Positions 1 through 9,334 of a stretch of 49,108 bases of DNA are shown here, one piece after another; positions within the stretch are counted from its first letter, which is position 1, and each line of letters begins with the position of its first letter. Origin of the DNA: Minisyncoccia bacterium (GTDB lineage Bacteria > Patescibacteriota > Minisyncoccia > 2-02-FULL-40-12 > IGHO2-01-FULL-4-A); the NCBI GenBank assembly GCA_041499075.1, contig JBGQJN010000003.1, forward strand, positions 1-49,108, read 5' to 3'. The notes under the pieces were generated by a model that saw only the letters and a program-made list of their open reading frames with translations, ran no database searches and had not been told where the DNA came from. Position numbers and translations under genes: made by a program.

Positions 1-2020
1 AAAACAAAGGTGCATATTTTAATTCCCTACTTACGATAGCCGATGGAGGCGGTTAAAACGGCAACAATCGGCAACTAACGGCAACATTTTGAGCAAAAAG
101 ACGAAAATATGACTTACACCAACTCACACTAACTAACACTAAATAACACCAAAAATGAAAAAGATAAACCCAACAAAACCCGGTAAAACCCAACAAAATA
201 GGCAAAAAATAGCAATATTCAAAGAATTTTATGACTGGGGCGGTGTAAGTTGGAGTTGTGGGCAACCGAGCTTAGCTTGTCGATCGAATTAGTATAGGGT
301 GTCATTGAAAGGTCTCTTAACAAAAATTAACCAAAATTAAAATGAAAATACTATGGAACATGCATTAATTTACTGCCGAGTCTCGACTGAAGAACAAGCC
401 GAGGACGGCCATCATTCCCTCGCGACCCAGCTCAAGCTCTGTAAACGAGCGATAGAGGAAAGTAATAAGTTCAAGCTGGCCAATGACGGAGTCTTTGAAG
501 ACCCGGGACGATCGGCTACGAACATGAATAGGCCGGGGCTCCAAGATATGCTTCTTCGGGTCCAAGACGACAAAGCCATTCGTGCCGTCTTTGTTCAAGA
601 CACCGACCGAATGGCCAGAAATGCTCTTGATCACATGCAGATAAAAGCCCTGCTTAAAAAGCATGACGCCGAACTGATATCAGTTTCCCAGCCGGGCATA
701 TCCGACTCGCCAGAAGGAAACTTCATGGACTTAGTTATTGCCGGAGTGAACCAACTCCAATCGCAGATCACCTCGAGGAAAACTTTGAAAAGCCTTGAGC
801 AGAAATTCTGGGACGGATGGTGGCCGACCGGCGTTGCCTCCGGATATCTGAATGCTGGCGATCCGAGCGATGAGAAAAAGAGAATAATTACTGTAGATGA
901 GGAGCGTGCGCCACTTATTCAGGAAGCATTTAACATGTATGTGACCGGAGATTATTCTGTCTACGAAGTCCGTGACGCTTTGTATAAGAAAGGATTCAGA
1001 ACTCACGCTGGCAAACGGCTCGCACACAGCAAGATGATCGAGATACTCAAAAATCAGTTTTACTACGGCGAAATGCGCTGGCGAGGATTGGTAGGAGTGG
1101 GAAAACACAAACCGCTTATCACCAAAGAAATATGGGAACGTACCCAGCTGGTCATGGCCGAACACAACCGTTATGCCTGCCGTCGTCAAAAGTTTAATTT
1201 CATACTGCGAGGTCTGACCTACTGCGCTATCTGCGGACAAAGATATACCGCCGAACATCACCCGAAGAAAAACAAATCCTATTATCACTGCAACCGATCC
1301 GGTGATCAGATCAAATGCTCAGACAAATACGTGGAAGTCTGGGATTTGGAACAGCAGATCGCTGACCTTTTCAAACTAATTGAATTTACTCCGACATTCG
1401 TTGGACGAATGGTCGCCAAGATAGAAAAAATATACAGCGGTCGCAAAGAAGTCATAAACAAAGATAAGAAAGGGCTGAATACGCAAAAGATGATACTTGA
1501 AAAGAAGCGCGATACGGCCGAGGAGAAATTATTCGGTGGATTGATTTCAGATGATGACTTCACCCGAATTAAAGTAAAGATAAAAGAACAGGTCGAAGGA
1601 ATACAAGACGAATTATATGCTCAAGACAAGAAACTCAACATGCGGATCGATGAACTTCAAGACATCCTGCTTTTTGTAAGAAACGCGTACGAGGCCTACA
1701 ACAAAGCTCCGGACGAAATGAAGCGACTATTCCTTGGCCTCTACTGGGAACGGTTTGAGGTAACGGATAAGAAGGTGGTGACGGTCATACCAAGCCCGAT
1801 TATAAGAGCCTTGATGCAAGCCGAGGGACTGATCTTCACCGATAAATACAAAGAATGCCAGAAACCACGAATCGTGACGGACATGGCGGTGGAATTCACT
1901 CCGGTGATCGCTGGTAAATCAAAATCATTAGTCGCCCCTAAAACACAAAAATCCCGACGTAATGCCGAGATTCCTGTGATGGTATCCAATGAACCTTCCG
2001 CGGTTATATTAGATACCGTC
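1..2020. mobile_element. Right end of an integrative element or prophage inserted at the 3' end of tRNA-His (element continues left of the window)
   Basis: Large serine recombinase abutting and overlapping the CCA end of a tRNA; the second att site is not visible in this window. Confidence 0.6.
57..195. repeat. Three consecutive arrays of 10-bp-period direct repeats upstream of the recombinase
   Basis: a(a/t)cggcaac at 57, 67, 77; acac(c/t)aa at 116, 126, 136, 146; aaaccc at 166, 176, 186. Confidence 0.8.
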
Positions 2021-2107
2021 TGGGGTGGCCAGAGGGATTTGAACCCTCGATCCCTGCTGCCACAGAGCAGTGCTTTAACCGCTAAGCTATGGCCACCATT
2101 TATCTGA
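353..2107 (+). CDS. Large serine recombinase (resolvase, recombinase and Zn-ribbon domains, then coiled coil)
   Basis: YCRVST catalytic motif, RPGLQDML, DRMAR, NQFYYG, HKPLIT, CAICG...YYHC...C Zn ribbon; the last ~28 aa are the antisense of tRNA-His. Confidence 0.92.
   Translation: MEHALIYCRVSTEEQAEDGHHSLATQLKLCKRAIEESNKFKLANDGVFEDPGRSATNMNRPGLQDMLLRVQDDKAIRAVFVQDTDRMARNALDHMQIKALLKKHDAELISVSQPGISDSPEGNFMDLVIAGVNQLQSQITSRKTLKSLEQKFWDGWWPTGVASGYLNAGDPSDEKKRIITVDEERAPLIQEAFNMYVTGDYSVYEVRDALYKKGFRTHAGKRLAHSKMIEILKNQFYYGEMRWRGLVGVGKHKPLITKEIWERTQLVMAEHNRYACRRQKFNFILRGLTYCAICGQRYTAEHHPKKNKSYYHCNRSGDQIKCSDKYVEVWDLEQQIADLFKLIEFTPTFVGRMVAKIEKIYSGRKEVINKDKKGLNTQKMILEKKRDTAEEKLFGGLISDDDFTRIKVKIKEQVEGIQDELYAQDKKLNMRIDELQDILLFVRNAYEAYNKAPDEMKRLFLGLYWERFEVTDKKVVTVIPSPIIRALMQAEGLIFTDKYKECQKPRIVTDMAVEFTPVIAGKSKSLVAPKTQKSRRNAEIPVMVSNEPSAVILDTVWGGQRDLNPRSLLPQSSALTAKLWPPFI
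2021..2097 (-). tRNA. tRNA-His (GTG) with G-1 and encoded CCA
   Basis: Reverse complement is GGTGGCCATAGCTTAGCGGTTAAAGCACTGCTCTGTGGCAGCAGGGATCGAGGGTTCAAATCCCTCTGGCCACCCCA; cloverleaf with anticodon GTG and TTCAAAT T-loop. Confidence 0.95.
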
Positions 2108-2129
2108 TGGATAATAACACAAATTCCCC

Positions 2130-2172
2130 ATTATCAAAAGGCCCCCGCCGCTGGCGGGGGCCTTTTGATAAT
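2130..2172. terminator. Bidirectional intrinsic terminator (perfect 20-bp inverted repeat)
   Basis: attatcaaaaggcccccgcc-gct-ggcgggggccttttgataat between the convergent recombinase and adhesin genes. Confidence 0.85.
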
Positions 2173-4650
2173 TTATTTCGGGCTGACTTCTCTCCAAATA
2201 GGTATCGGTTTGCTAATGCCTATCGTCTTGCTTCTGGCACAAACATAGCCGTCTTTATCAGTCACGGTGTCTGTAACATTGTAAGTTGAGTCCGTAGAAT
2301 AGCTATGCACCGGATTTTGCAACGTTGATACGCCGCCATCGCCGAAATTCCAGCTCCAAGCTTGCTGACCGCTGCCGCCTACATCATAGAATGTCGTCAG
2401 ATCACTGAAATTAATCGGCTGTTTCGCCGCTGGATTATTAATCGGCGACCAGTTGAAATCAACCCTCGGGTAAGAATGTTTAGGCGTGCTCCAATTACCA
2501 GAGTTAGCCCAGTTAGAAAAATTAGTTGGAGAATCCCAAACTTTGACTCTGGCCTTCAAAGTAGCGTTAAACGGCAAACCGTTAACAAAATAAGAATTAC
2601 CGGCGCCGGATAATTTACCGGAATCAAATATTGGCGAAGCAAACGAGCCGCTACTATCGTCAACTTGAATTTGAAATGCCTGTTGAGGGTTTTTTTGCTG
2701 GTCGGAATAAGTCCAGCCAACAGTCACCGCCGGTCCGGAAGCGCAATAGTCAGCTGGGGTTATAGTAACTGAACTGGCAACTGGCAGAGCGACCGTGACC
2801 GTATAGACGACCGACACTGTTTGCGGATTATTGCTGGCAATTGGATCAGACACGCTGATAGTACAGTTAAAAGTTCCGGCGCCGGAAAATGCATCCACGG
2901 AAACGTTAATGTTTGATGAACTGCCGTTGGCAGTAGTGCCTGAGGCTTGGGAAACATGGCACCAGGTTGAGCTTGATGGGTCGCTCGCAGCTGTCCAGTT
3001 CAAAGTTGTACCGACAACAGAGTCAGAAATTGTAATAATTTTTGGGTTGGGAACGGTACCGACAACACTTGAGAAAGATAAACTACCCGGAGAAAGAGAT
3101 ATGGCAGGAGGTGGAGTAAGACTAGTAATCGTAATGACTTGTCTGTCTTCAGCCGAGGAACTGCCGCGTTCTACTATAACCTTAGCGGTTGAAGTGGACG
3201 TATAAGTATGGGTGGCGGGAGGCTGGGGCGCGGATTGAGGATTGGTGTTTACACCATTGCATTTGTAGCCCACACCGGCTGTTTCCACACAAGAACCAGC
3301 AGCTGGTGTAGTAAGAGTACCGCACTGGCCGTTGGCATTATTGACATCCGTACCGCTATTGGTGCAATTCCACCAGAAGCTATAATTGATTGTACCTGTG
3401 GCGGCGCCCGTGACAGAAGCGCTTAAGGTGGTATTTAGCGGGTTGGGACCGGAAGATGGGCTGGCAGTAAGATCTACTGTTAAGGCCGGCGGTTTAACTC
3501 CAAAATAAGTAACGCTGTTGCCGTTTACTGATTTAGTTACGGGACTGGCTGAGGTTGCTATCCAACCAGGAGGCGTGATTACAGAAATGCTATAAGTGCC
3601 AGCAGTTATCGGGGATACTTCGTAATAGACTTGCCCGAGAGAACATTTATTGTCTGAAGTAGTGCCAGAACTGGGCCCGCTATAGTTTATAGAAAACCCG
3701 GATAATTGGACGTAGAAAGAACAGCCCACGGTACTGGCGCCGCTATCCAATATGTTTGGTTCGCCATTATCTTGGATACCGTTACCGTTAGTATCCTGCC
3801 AGATTACACCTTGTATAGCGCTAGGAATCACGGCAGGCGGCTTGGCAAAAAATGGATGACCGGCTTGTACACCAGGACCGACAAAAATGGAAACTGGGCT
3901 GGTAGCCGCACTAGGCACCCAGCCAGCAGGGACTTGCAGAGAAAAAGAATAAGTACCGGGTGCTAATACGGTTCTGGTGTCAAAATAGGGGTCGTGATTC
4001 TGGCCATTGGAGTATCTGGCTACGACTGAACCTGAAGTAGGTCCACTCCAGGCAATTTTAAACCCTGGAGCGACGTAATTGAGCGGTCCGCAATCAAAGC
4101 AGGTAGGGTCTGCAATAAACAATTCGCCATTATCCTGGATACCGTTGCCATTATCATCTTTGATTATTCTACCTATCAAATTACCGGGGGGAAGAAGGCC
4201 GGCGGGAGGTTTGATAAAAAATGAAGCTAAGCCGACACCACCGCCCGATATAGTAACGCTGACGGGATTGGTGTTAGTACTGGTCCAGCCAGTGGGTGGT
4301 AAAACACGTACCGTGTAGATGCCATCCGGCAGAATTGCCCCGCTATCATAGTAGCCATCAGTTCCGTTAATACAAAGATTAGCCGTGGTTGAACCGGATA
4401 CCGGTCCGGACCAGGAGATAACGGCATTGGTTAAAGCATAACTATTGGTGCACAACGGGCCGGAAGGATCTATAATAAATGGCTCTACTCCGCTTTGTTG
4501 ATCACCGCTCCCGTTAATATCATCCACAATATGACCTTGGATACTACCGGTACCTGCGGCGGAGACCATCGCCGATTTAAAAGAAACCAACGAAAATAGA
4601 ACTAGAAATGATCCCAGTAAAAGTAGAAAATTTGAGTTTTTTAATTTCAT
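2173..4650 (-). CDS. Large secreted surface protein/adhesin (3x SdrD-B-like, BACON-like, FN3-like, PKD)
   Basis: Signal peptide; three DxNG(N/S)G.Q..GE repeats; WSWNFGDG...QNPVHSY PKD motif; ends IPIWREVSPK; last gene of the pilin cluster. Confidence 0.8.
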   Translation of the reverse strand: MKLKNSNFLLLLGSFLVLFSLVSFKSAMVSAAGTGSIQGHIVDDINGSGDQQSGVEPFIIDPSGPLCTNSYALTNAVISWSGPVSGSTTANLCINGTDGYYDSGAILPDGIYTVRVLPPTGWTSTNTNPVSVTISGGGVGLASFFIKPPAGLLPPGNLIGRIIKDDNGNGIQDNGELFIADPTCFDCGPLNYVAPGFKIAWSGPTSGSVVARYSNGQNHDPYFDTRTVLAPGTYSFSLQVPAGWVPSAATSPVSIFVGPGVQAGHPFFAKPPAVIPSAIQGVIWQDTNGNGIQDNGEPNILDSGASTVGCSFYVQLSGFSINYSGPSSGTTSDNKCSLGQVYYEVSPITAGTYSISVITPPGWIATSASPVTKSVNGNSVTYFGVKPPALTVDLTASPSSGPNPLNTTLSASVTGAATGTINYSFWWNCTNSGTDVNNANGQCGTLTTPAAGSCVETAGVGYKCNGVNTNPQSAPQPPATHTYTSTSTAKVIVERGSSSAEDRQVITITSLTPPPAISLSPGSLSFSSVVGTVPNPKIITISDSVVGTTLNWTAASDPSSSTWCHVSQASGTTANGSSSNINVSVDAFSGAGTFNCTISVSDPIASNNPQTVSVVYTVTVALPVASSVTITPADYCASGPAVTVGWTYSDQQKNPQQAFQIQVDDSSGSFASPIFDSGKLSGAGNSYFVNGLPFNATLKARVKVWDSPTNFSNWANSGNWSTPKHSYPRVDFNWSPINNPAAKQPINFSDLTTFYDVGGSGQQAWSWNFGDGGVSTLQNPVHSYSTDSTYNVTDTVTDKDGYVCARSKTIGISKPIPIWREVSPK

Positions 4651-4660
4651 AATTAATGCA

Positions 4661-5080
4661 CTAAAGTAATTTAAATATTATCGTCACCGTCCTTGAAGAA
4701 TTTTGTATATCACCGATTATTATACTGGCCCTTAGTTTAGTATTGGAATTTTCGGCAACTATTTGATATGGACTTACGGCCAGAGATGTAAAACTAGTGA
4801 TTTTCCAGCCATTTTTGGACAAACTATCATCATAATAAGAGAGTAGCTCGCTAGGTGATCTGTCGGTTCTATACTGCACAACATCAGTTTTGCTCGGATC
4901 GGGCATGTTTGACTTAATGCTTGAGGAATCAATCACGTCACCCAGGATAAACTCTTTAGGAACTATTACCTTGGGTGTGCCGGATATAATATTAAGTAAG
5001 GGACTGCGAAAAAAAATTACGAAAGCCAAAATTATGGATATTGATATTATTATAAAATTAACCCTATAGTCCTTCTTCAT
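4661..5080 (-). CDS. Membrane-anchored hypothetical protein
   Basis: N-terminal TM helix; YYDDSLSKNGWKI motif; co-oriented in the cluster. Confidence 0.7.
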   Translation of the reverse strand: MKKDYRVNFIIISISIILAFVIFFRSPLLNIISGTPKVIVPKEFILGDVIDSSSIKSNMPDPSKTDVVQYRTDRSPSELLSYYDDSLSKNGWKITSFTSLAVSPYQIVAENSNTKLRASIIIGDIQNSSRTVTIIFKLL

Positions 5081-5163
5081 ATACTTATATTTTCGAGCTT
5101 TTTGGGTAGTTAGTAAAGGGTGATATCCACTGGCCGTATTATTAAATTTTTTCCGGTCTAGAC

Positions 5164-5541
5164 TTAGAAACTTATCTGAAAAGACCTGGTTACTCCGCGA
5201 TACGTTCCGATTGCCTTAATGGCCGGAGTACTACAGTCAGATTCCGTAAAGCCGGCATTAGTCAAACCATTAATATAGGCGGCGCCATTGGACATTACCG
5301 GCTGGGCAATAGAACCGGCGGCAGGTACGATTCTGTTTATGTAAAGACACCATTCCAGAACGCTTTCGGCGGCGTAAGCGGCGGCGGAAGAATTCTTGAT
5401 TTCGGCTGAAGATTTTATCTTCGGAATAAAAATCGCCGACAAGGTCAGGCCGATAGCTAAAATCGCTCCGACAAGAATAACGGCAAATACCGAGATAATC
5501 CCGGATTGATCTTTTTTAATTTGGTGTTCGGCTGATTTCAT
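5164..5541 (-). CDS. PilX/GspK-like minor pilin
   Basis: QSG|IISVFAVILV prepilin-like N-terminus without Glu5; AAYAAES motif; follows other minor pilins. Confidence 0.75.
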   Translation of the reverse strand: MKSAEHQIKKDQSGIISVFAVILVGAILAIGLTLSAIFIPKIKSSAEIKNSSAAAYAAESVLEWCLYINRIVPAAGSIAQPVMSNGAAYINGLTNAGFTESDCSTPAIKAIGTYRGVTRSFQISF

Positions 5542-5556
5542 TATTTTATAGTCAGT

Positions 5557-6096
5557 TCAATTGCTTAAAAATCTTTGGGAAAGTGTCGTCTGAAAATCAA
5601 TCGCTGACTGCTGGCTGGTATTGCTACTTTTGACGCTGGCAAGTATGGTAATTCTCGGCTGCAAACCGTCATTACTGTTACTGCCGGAAATACAGAAGCG
5701 GAGTTTTGTGAATTGAACATTATTGGAAGTAATCTGCGCGTCCAGACCATTGACACTGCGGTGAACTGCGCCACCGGAAAGCGAGTAAACGATGCTGCCG
5801 TTGACGGGATGAACCATACTCAAGCTGGCGGCTGAGGAAGAAGGACAGTTTGTGTTTTGATTGCTTATATTACTGACCCTTATTTCTTTGACCATTGTTT
5901 CCAAAACGAAACTGGCATTCTCTTCTGTCACTTGGACATTAAAAGCGCGGCGCTGCAAATTGAGAGCAGTAACATAGAGTGATCCGACAATGGTCATAAC
6001 AACCGCAAAAATTGATACTGCAACAAGAGATTCTACTAGCGTGAAGCCGCTTGCTTCGGTTCCGCTGTTTCTATTTTTAAAAATATACTTTTTCAT
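5557..6096 (-). CDS. Minor pilin (PilW/GspJ-like)
   Basis: G|FTLVE prepilin cleavage/methylation motif, hydrophobic helix, MVKEIR. Confidence 0.85.
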   Translation of the reverse strand: MKKYIFKNRNSGTEASGFTLVESLVAVSIFAVVMTIVGSLYVTALNLQRRAFNVQVTEENASFVLETMVKEIRVSNISNQNTNCPSSSAASLSMVHPVNGSIVYSLSGGAVHRSVNGLDAQITSNNVQFTKLRFCISGSNSNDGLQPRITILASVKSSNTSQQSAIDFQTTLSQRFLSN

Positions 6097-6635
6097 TATT
6101 TAAACCAGTTGAAAAGATGCTCTTCCGCGCTAAGACTTTTAGGGACTCCTCTTTCATTCCAATTTACGTTGACGACTATTTTTTTTTCTACCGCAGAGAT
6201 TGTTGAGACAGTCAGCGTACGCTGAAAGGGAGTGTTTCCACCGCTAGTGTAACTGTAAATACCGCTTGCTGAATCTTTGCCCAGGGTCGGATTGGAACCA
6301 AACGGCAAGAGTGGCTGGACCGAGCATCCTACCGGCTGGCCGGCGCCGTCACACTGAATTGAATTCCATTGAACACGGTATATGCCGTCGGGCAATGAAG
6401 CTCCCCAGGCATTGCTTAAAAACCAGTCTCTGTCACGTATGTTTCTAACTACCTCAATGCCTTCTTGAGCCAAACCGCTGGCGATGAAATTATTGCTGAT
6501 TGCAACGGCATCATTGATATTGATGACCAGTACATAAAAAACCGAGGTCAGGGCAATAGCCAAAATCAGGATAGCAATAAGAACTTCGACTAAGGTAAAC
6601 CCCTGCTCTTTTTTTTTATGTCTTCTGATAGGCAT
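6096..6635 (-). CDS. Minor pilin (PilV/GspI-like)
   Basis: G|FTLVE motif; LAQEGIEVVRNIRD. Confidence 0.85.
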   Translation of the reverse strand: MPIRRHKKKEQGFTLVEVLIAILILAIALTSVFYVLVININDAVAISNNFIASGLAQEGIEVVRNIRDRDWFLSNAWGASLPDGIYRVQWNSIQCDGAGQPVGCSVQPLLPFGSNPTLGKDSASGIYSYTSGGNTPFQRTLTVSTISAVEKKIVVNVNWNERGVPKSLSAEEHLFNWFK

Positions 6636-6638
6636 ATT

Positions 6639-7190
6639 TTATTTAAGGTCAACTTCTCCTGAATTAGACACTTGAACCGTAGAACAGGAGCCGCCGGAAC
6701 AACTCGTCTGACCGACCAATTGTATGGTTATGAGCGCACTGGCCGGATTCGGCAAGGATTGGTTACTGATATATGTTTTGGGATCCGGCGGTTCAAAAAA
6801 TATATCACCAAATGTTCCGGCTATTTCGAAATTCGCATTGCTTATTTTTTTTGCTTCGACAATATAATCAATCCCGGGCTGGTAATTTCTGGTAGCGACC
6901 GTGGAGCAAGAACCGGAGCCGGGCACGGCTTTAGCGTAGATTGAATAGTTGTTTTTGTCCACATAATCCACGCCATAACCACAGGTGATGTTGCCCTGAT
7001 AACGAGTGCCTGCAAGCGCCATTGATTGCGCCCGCCTGATGTCAGAAATTATGATATTGGCCACCTGTATCCTGCCGACTTTGGTTCTATTTGAAGTGCT
7101 GAAATTAAAAAGCAAAACCGCCGATAAGGTGGCTATAATAAACATGACCAAGAGAAGCTCAATTAGGGAGAAACCTTTAGTACTGTTCAA
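6639..7190 (-). CDS. Minor pilin (FimT/GspH-like)
   Basis: G|FSLIE motif; DIRRAQSMAL; TTG start. Confidence 0.85.
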   Translation of the reverse strand: MNSTKGFSLIELLLVMFIIATLSAVLLFNFSTSNRTKVGRIQVANIIISDIRRAQSMALAGTRYQGNITCGYGVDYVDKNNYSIYAKAVPGSGSCSTVATRNYQPGIDYIVEAKKISNANFEIAGTFGDIFFEPPDPKTYISNQSLPNPASALITIQLVGQTSCSGGSCSTVQVSNSGEVDLK

Positions 7191-7191
7191 G

Positions 7192-7270
7192 AGTAATCAA
7201 GTGACTGGGTAATTAAATAACTAATCAGCCCTACGGCAAATTACTTAATTACCTAATTACTCAATTATCT
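7192..7270. repeat. Inverted arrays of degenerate 8-mers (RGTAATYA x4 / AATTACYY x4) around a CTACGG spacer
   Basis: agtaatca agtgactg ggtaatta aataacta ... aattactt aattacct aattactc aattatct. Confidence 0.75.
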
Positions 7271-7276
7271 TTAATT

Positions 7277-7720
7277 CTATTCGTATTTCGCCTCAATCAA
7301 ATCGCCGTTTTGGATTTTAACCATATTCAAATCAGTGCTCGGAACTGCTTTTTGGTTGAGATAAAAACTCCACTTCTTGGGAGCCATATTTACGGCACCG
7401 TCTATGGATTCAAGATTGACACTGCCATTTTTGGCGATTGAGTATTTGAGATCAAAACCGGCGCCCATTGAAGCCGAGTCAAGCGATTGAAGAATGGTCA
7501 TGTCCTGTGAAACGTTGCCTTCAAAAGTTCTGGCTGTACCGTCTCCGAAATATATCACAAGCCGGGCTTTACCGGAAGTTACTATTGAGGAAGGGCTGGG
7601 CTTAGTTGAGCTGACAGTAGGACGAGGCACTACCGGCAATTTTAGATAAAAAAACGCGACACCCGCCAGAACTATCACCACTACCCAAAACCAATAATTT
7701 TTTAACATTTTTTCATCCAT
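7277..7720 (-). CDS. Membrane-anchored DUF4430-like (beta-grasp) protein
   Basis: N-terminal TM; SIDG..N...KWSFYLN...IQNGDLIE pattern. Confidence 0.7.
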   Translation of the reverse strand: MDEKMLKNYWFWVVVIVLAGVAFFYLKLPVVPRPTVSSTKPSPSSIVTSGKARLVIYFGDGTARTFEGNVSQDMTILQSLDSASMGAGFDLKYSIAKNGSVNLESIDGAVNMAPKKWSFYLNQKAVPSTDLNMVKIQNGDLIEAKYE

Positions 7721-7731
7721 ATTAATTCCGA

Positions 7732-8532
7732 TTACTTCAAAATTCTAGGTACCAAAGTAAAAATATCGCTTAATTTGTTAATCAGAACGGCACCGACAAA
7801 GATATAAGCCGTAGCCGCAAAACCTATAAAGGTCCCGAGAGGTAATTTTGTTTTCAACCTAGCCCTGCCCGTAAGCAAGAGGGTCAGGCCAATTATCGCT
7901 CCGGAAGTAACCGCAATATACAATACGGCCAGACCTCCCCAGATTCCAAAAATTAATCCTATCAGACCAACCAGTTTGACATCACCAAAACCAATCCATT
8001 TGCCGTTAGAGATCTGCCACATTAAAAAGAAGGCCAGAAACAGCACGCCGGCACCTATAAAATTATCAATGTTTAAAGCGTCGAAATAAAAAGGTGAATT
8101 CGCGAGCCTTTGCCAAATTCCAAAGATCACCACACCTAAAAGCATCGCTACCAGCAATAAATCCGGAATTATCAAGCGCTGAAAATCAACAACGGCTAAG
8201 ATCAACAGGCATTCTATGATAAACGTCAAAAAAATCGAGGTTGTCAGGCCATAACTTTCAAAGAAACTAGCAACAACCAAAAATGCCAGGCCGGAATACA
8301 GTTCCACCGCCGGATATAACCATGAAATAGGAGCATGGCAGTTGCGGCATTTAGCCCTAAGTATGAAAAAACTTATGACTGGAATAAGATCATATCCGGC
8401 GATCTGTTTATTACACTTCGGACACTTGGACCTACCATCCAGACTCCTTCCTTCCGGCAAACGGTAAATTACAACATTAACAAAACTGCCGATGACCAAC
8501 CCCAATACGAAGACTAAAGTGTAAAATAGCAA
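7732..8532 (-). CDS. pilD: Prepilin peptidase (A24)
   Basis: GSFVNVVIYRLP, RSKCPKC, DLIPVISF, KCRNC, GFGDVKL, LPLGTFI. Confidence 0.95.
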   Translation of the reverse strand: MLFYTLVFVLGLVIGSFVNVVIYRLPEGRSLDGRSKCPKCNKQIAGYDLIPVISFFILRAKCRNCHAPISWLYPAVELYSGLAFLVVASFFESYGLTTSIFLTFIIECLLILAVVDFQRLIIPDLLLVAMLLGVVIFGIWQRLANSPFYFDALNIDNFIGAGVLFLAFFLMWQISNGKWIGFGDVKLVGLIGLIFGIWGGLAVLYIAVTSGAIIGLTLLLTGRARLKTKLPLGTFIGFAATAYIFVGAVLINKLSDIFTLVPRILK

Positions 8533-8555
8533 TAGTATTCCTGGCCAAACATTAA

Positions 8556-9152
8556 CTATGGTTGACCCAAGTCAAAGAGGCAATTCTTAGGCGTACCATT
8601 GTTAGGACAGGTTTCAATACTGCCATCAGCCGTAGCGCCTGACCAACCGCCAGCTACTGAATTAATGTCGGCATCGTTGTGGAGAGCATTGATATTATTC
8701 TGTTCCAATTGTGACCAAATCTGCATATGGGTCGGCGCAAGCGCGGGACTCCAAGTGTAACCATAACAGTTGAGGCCCGATACAGCTGTTCCGTCGTAAG
8801 CGTCAGTACAGGTAGTCAGTAGCGGGTCGCGAGGAATGTTTATCAGGTAGCTTGGCTTAAGTGAATCCATTGAAGCGGCGCTGTTTCCGGCAAGATAATG
8901 GCCATTATCATCAAAGTAAAGTTCCATTGCCGAACGAACTTGATTAACGTCAGCAATACGTTTGGCATCCCTGGCTTTGGCTCTGGCAACGCCTAGTTGC
9001 AGCAGCAACAATGTCGCCAGAATTGATATGATGGCGATAACGACCAGTAACTCAATCAACGTGAAGCCGCGGGCGGATTTTACCTGGCGTTTGGCGTTAA
9101 TTGCTCTGCCTCCACCGAACCCCGCCGAGAGAATGCCTGAGAAATTCAACAC
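8556..9152 (-). CDS. Major type IV pilin / GspG-like pseudopilin
   Basis: RG|FTLIELLVVIAIISILA, ARAKARDAKRIAD, ELYFDDNG, PRDP; start codon uncertain. Confidence 0.88.
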   Translation of the reverse strand: MLNFSGILSAGFGGGRAINAKRQVKSARGFTLIELLVVIAIISILATLLLLQLGVARAKARDAKRIADVNQVRSAMELYFDDNGHYLAGNSAASMDSLKPSYLINIPRDPLLTTCTDAYDGTAVSGLNCYGYTWSPALAPTHMQIWSQLEQNNINALHNDADINSVAGGWSGATADGSIETCPNNGTPKNCLFDLGQP

Positions 9153-9158
9153 TTTACA

Positions 9159-9193
9159 TAGCGACTAGAGACAAGCAATTAGCGACTAGCTAC
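9159..9193. repeat. Five tandem degenerate 7-mers (TAGCGAC) just upstream of the pilin start
   Basis: tagcgac tagagac aagcaat tagcgac tagctac; weaker inverted copies at 9204-9230. Confidence 0.7.
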
Positions 9194-9252
9194 ATACAAC
9201 CAGGCGCTACGAGCCATCTGCTATGCGCTTATTAGATATTCTTACACTTATA

Positions 9253-9295
9253 ATTATAAGCTTCTTGAAAATGCGAGCAAACATAGTTATGCACA
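9253..9295 (-). promoter_or_regulatory. Pilin promoter (TATAAT) with an upstream DnaA-box-like motif
   Basis: attata at 9253-9258; ttatgcaca at 9287-9295 matches TTATNCACA. Confidence 0.5.
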
Positions 9296-9334
9296 ACTCT
9301 GGAAATGATTTGCAAATTTTGACACGCCAAAGAG

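Noticed and set aside
53-265. 70-aa hydrophobic ORF on the minus strand
   Set aside because: It is the antisense reading of the A/C-rich repeat arrays; the composition is an artefact
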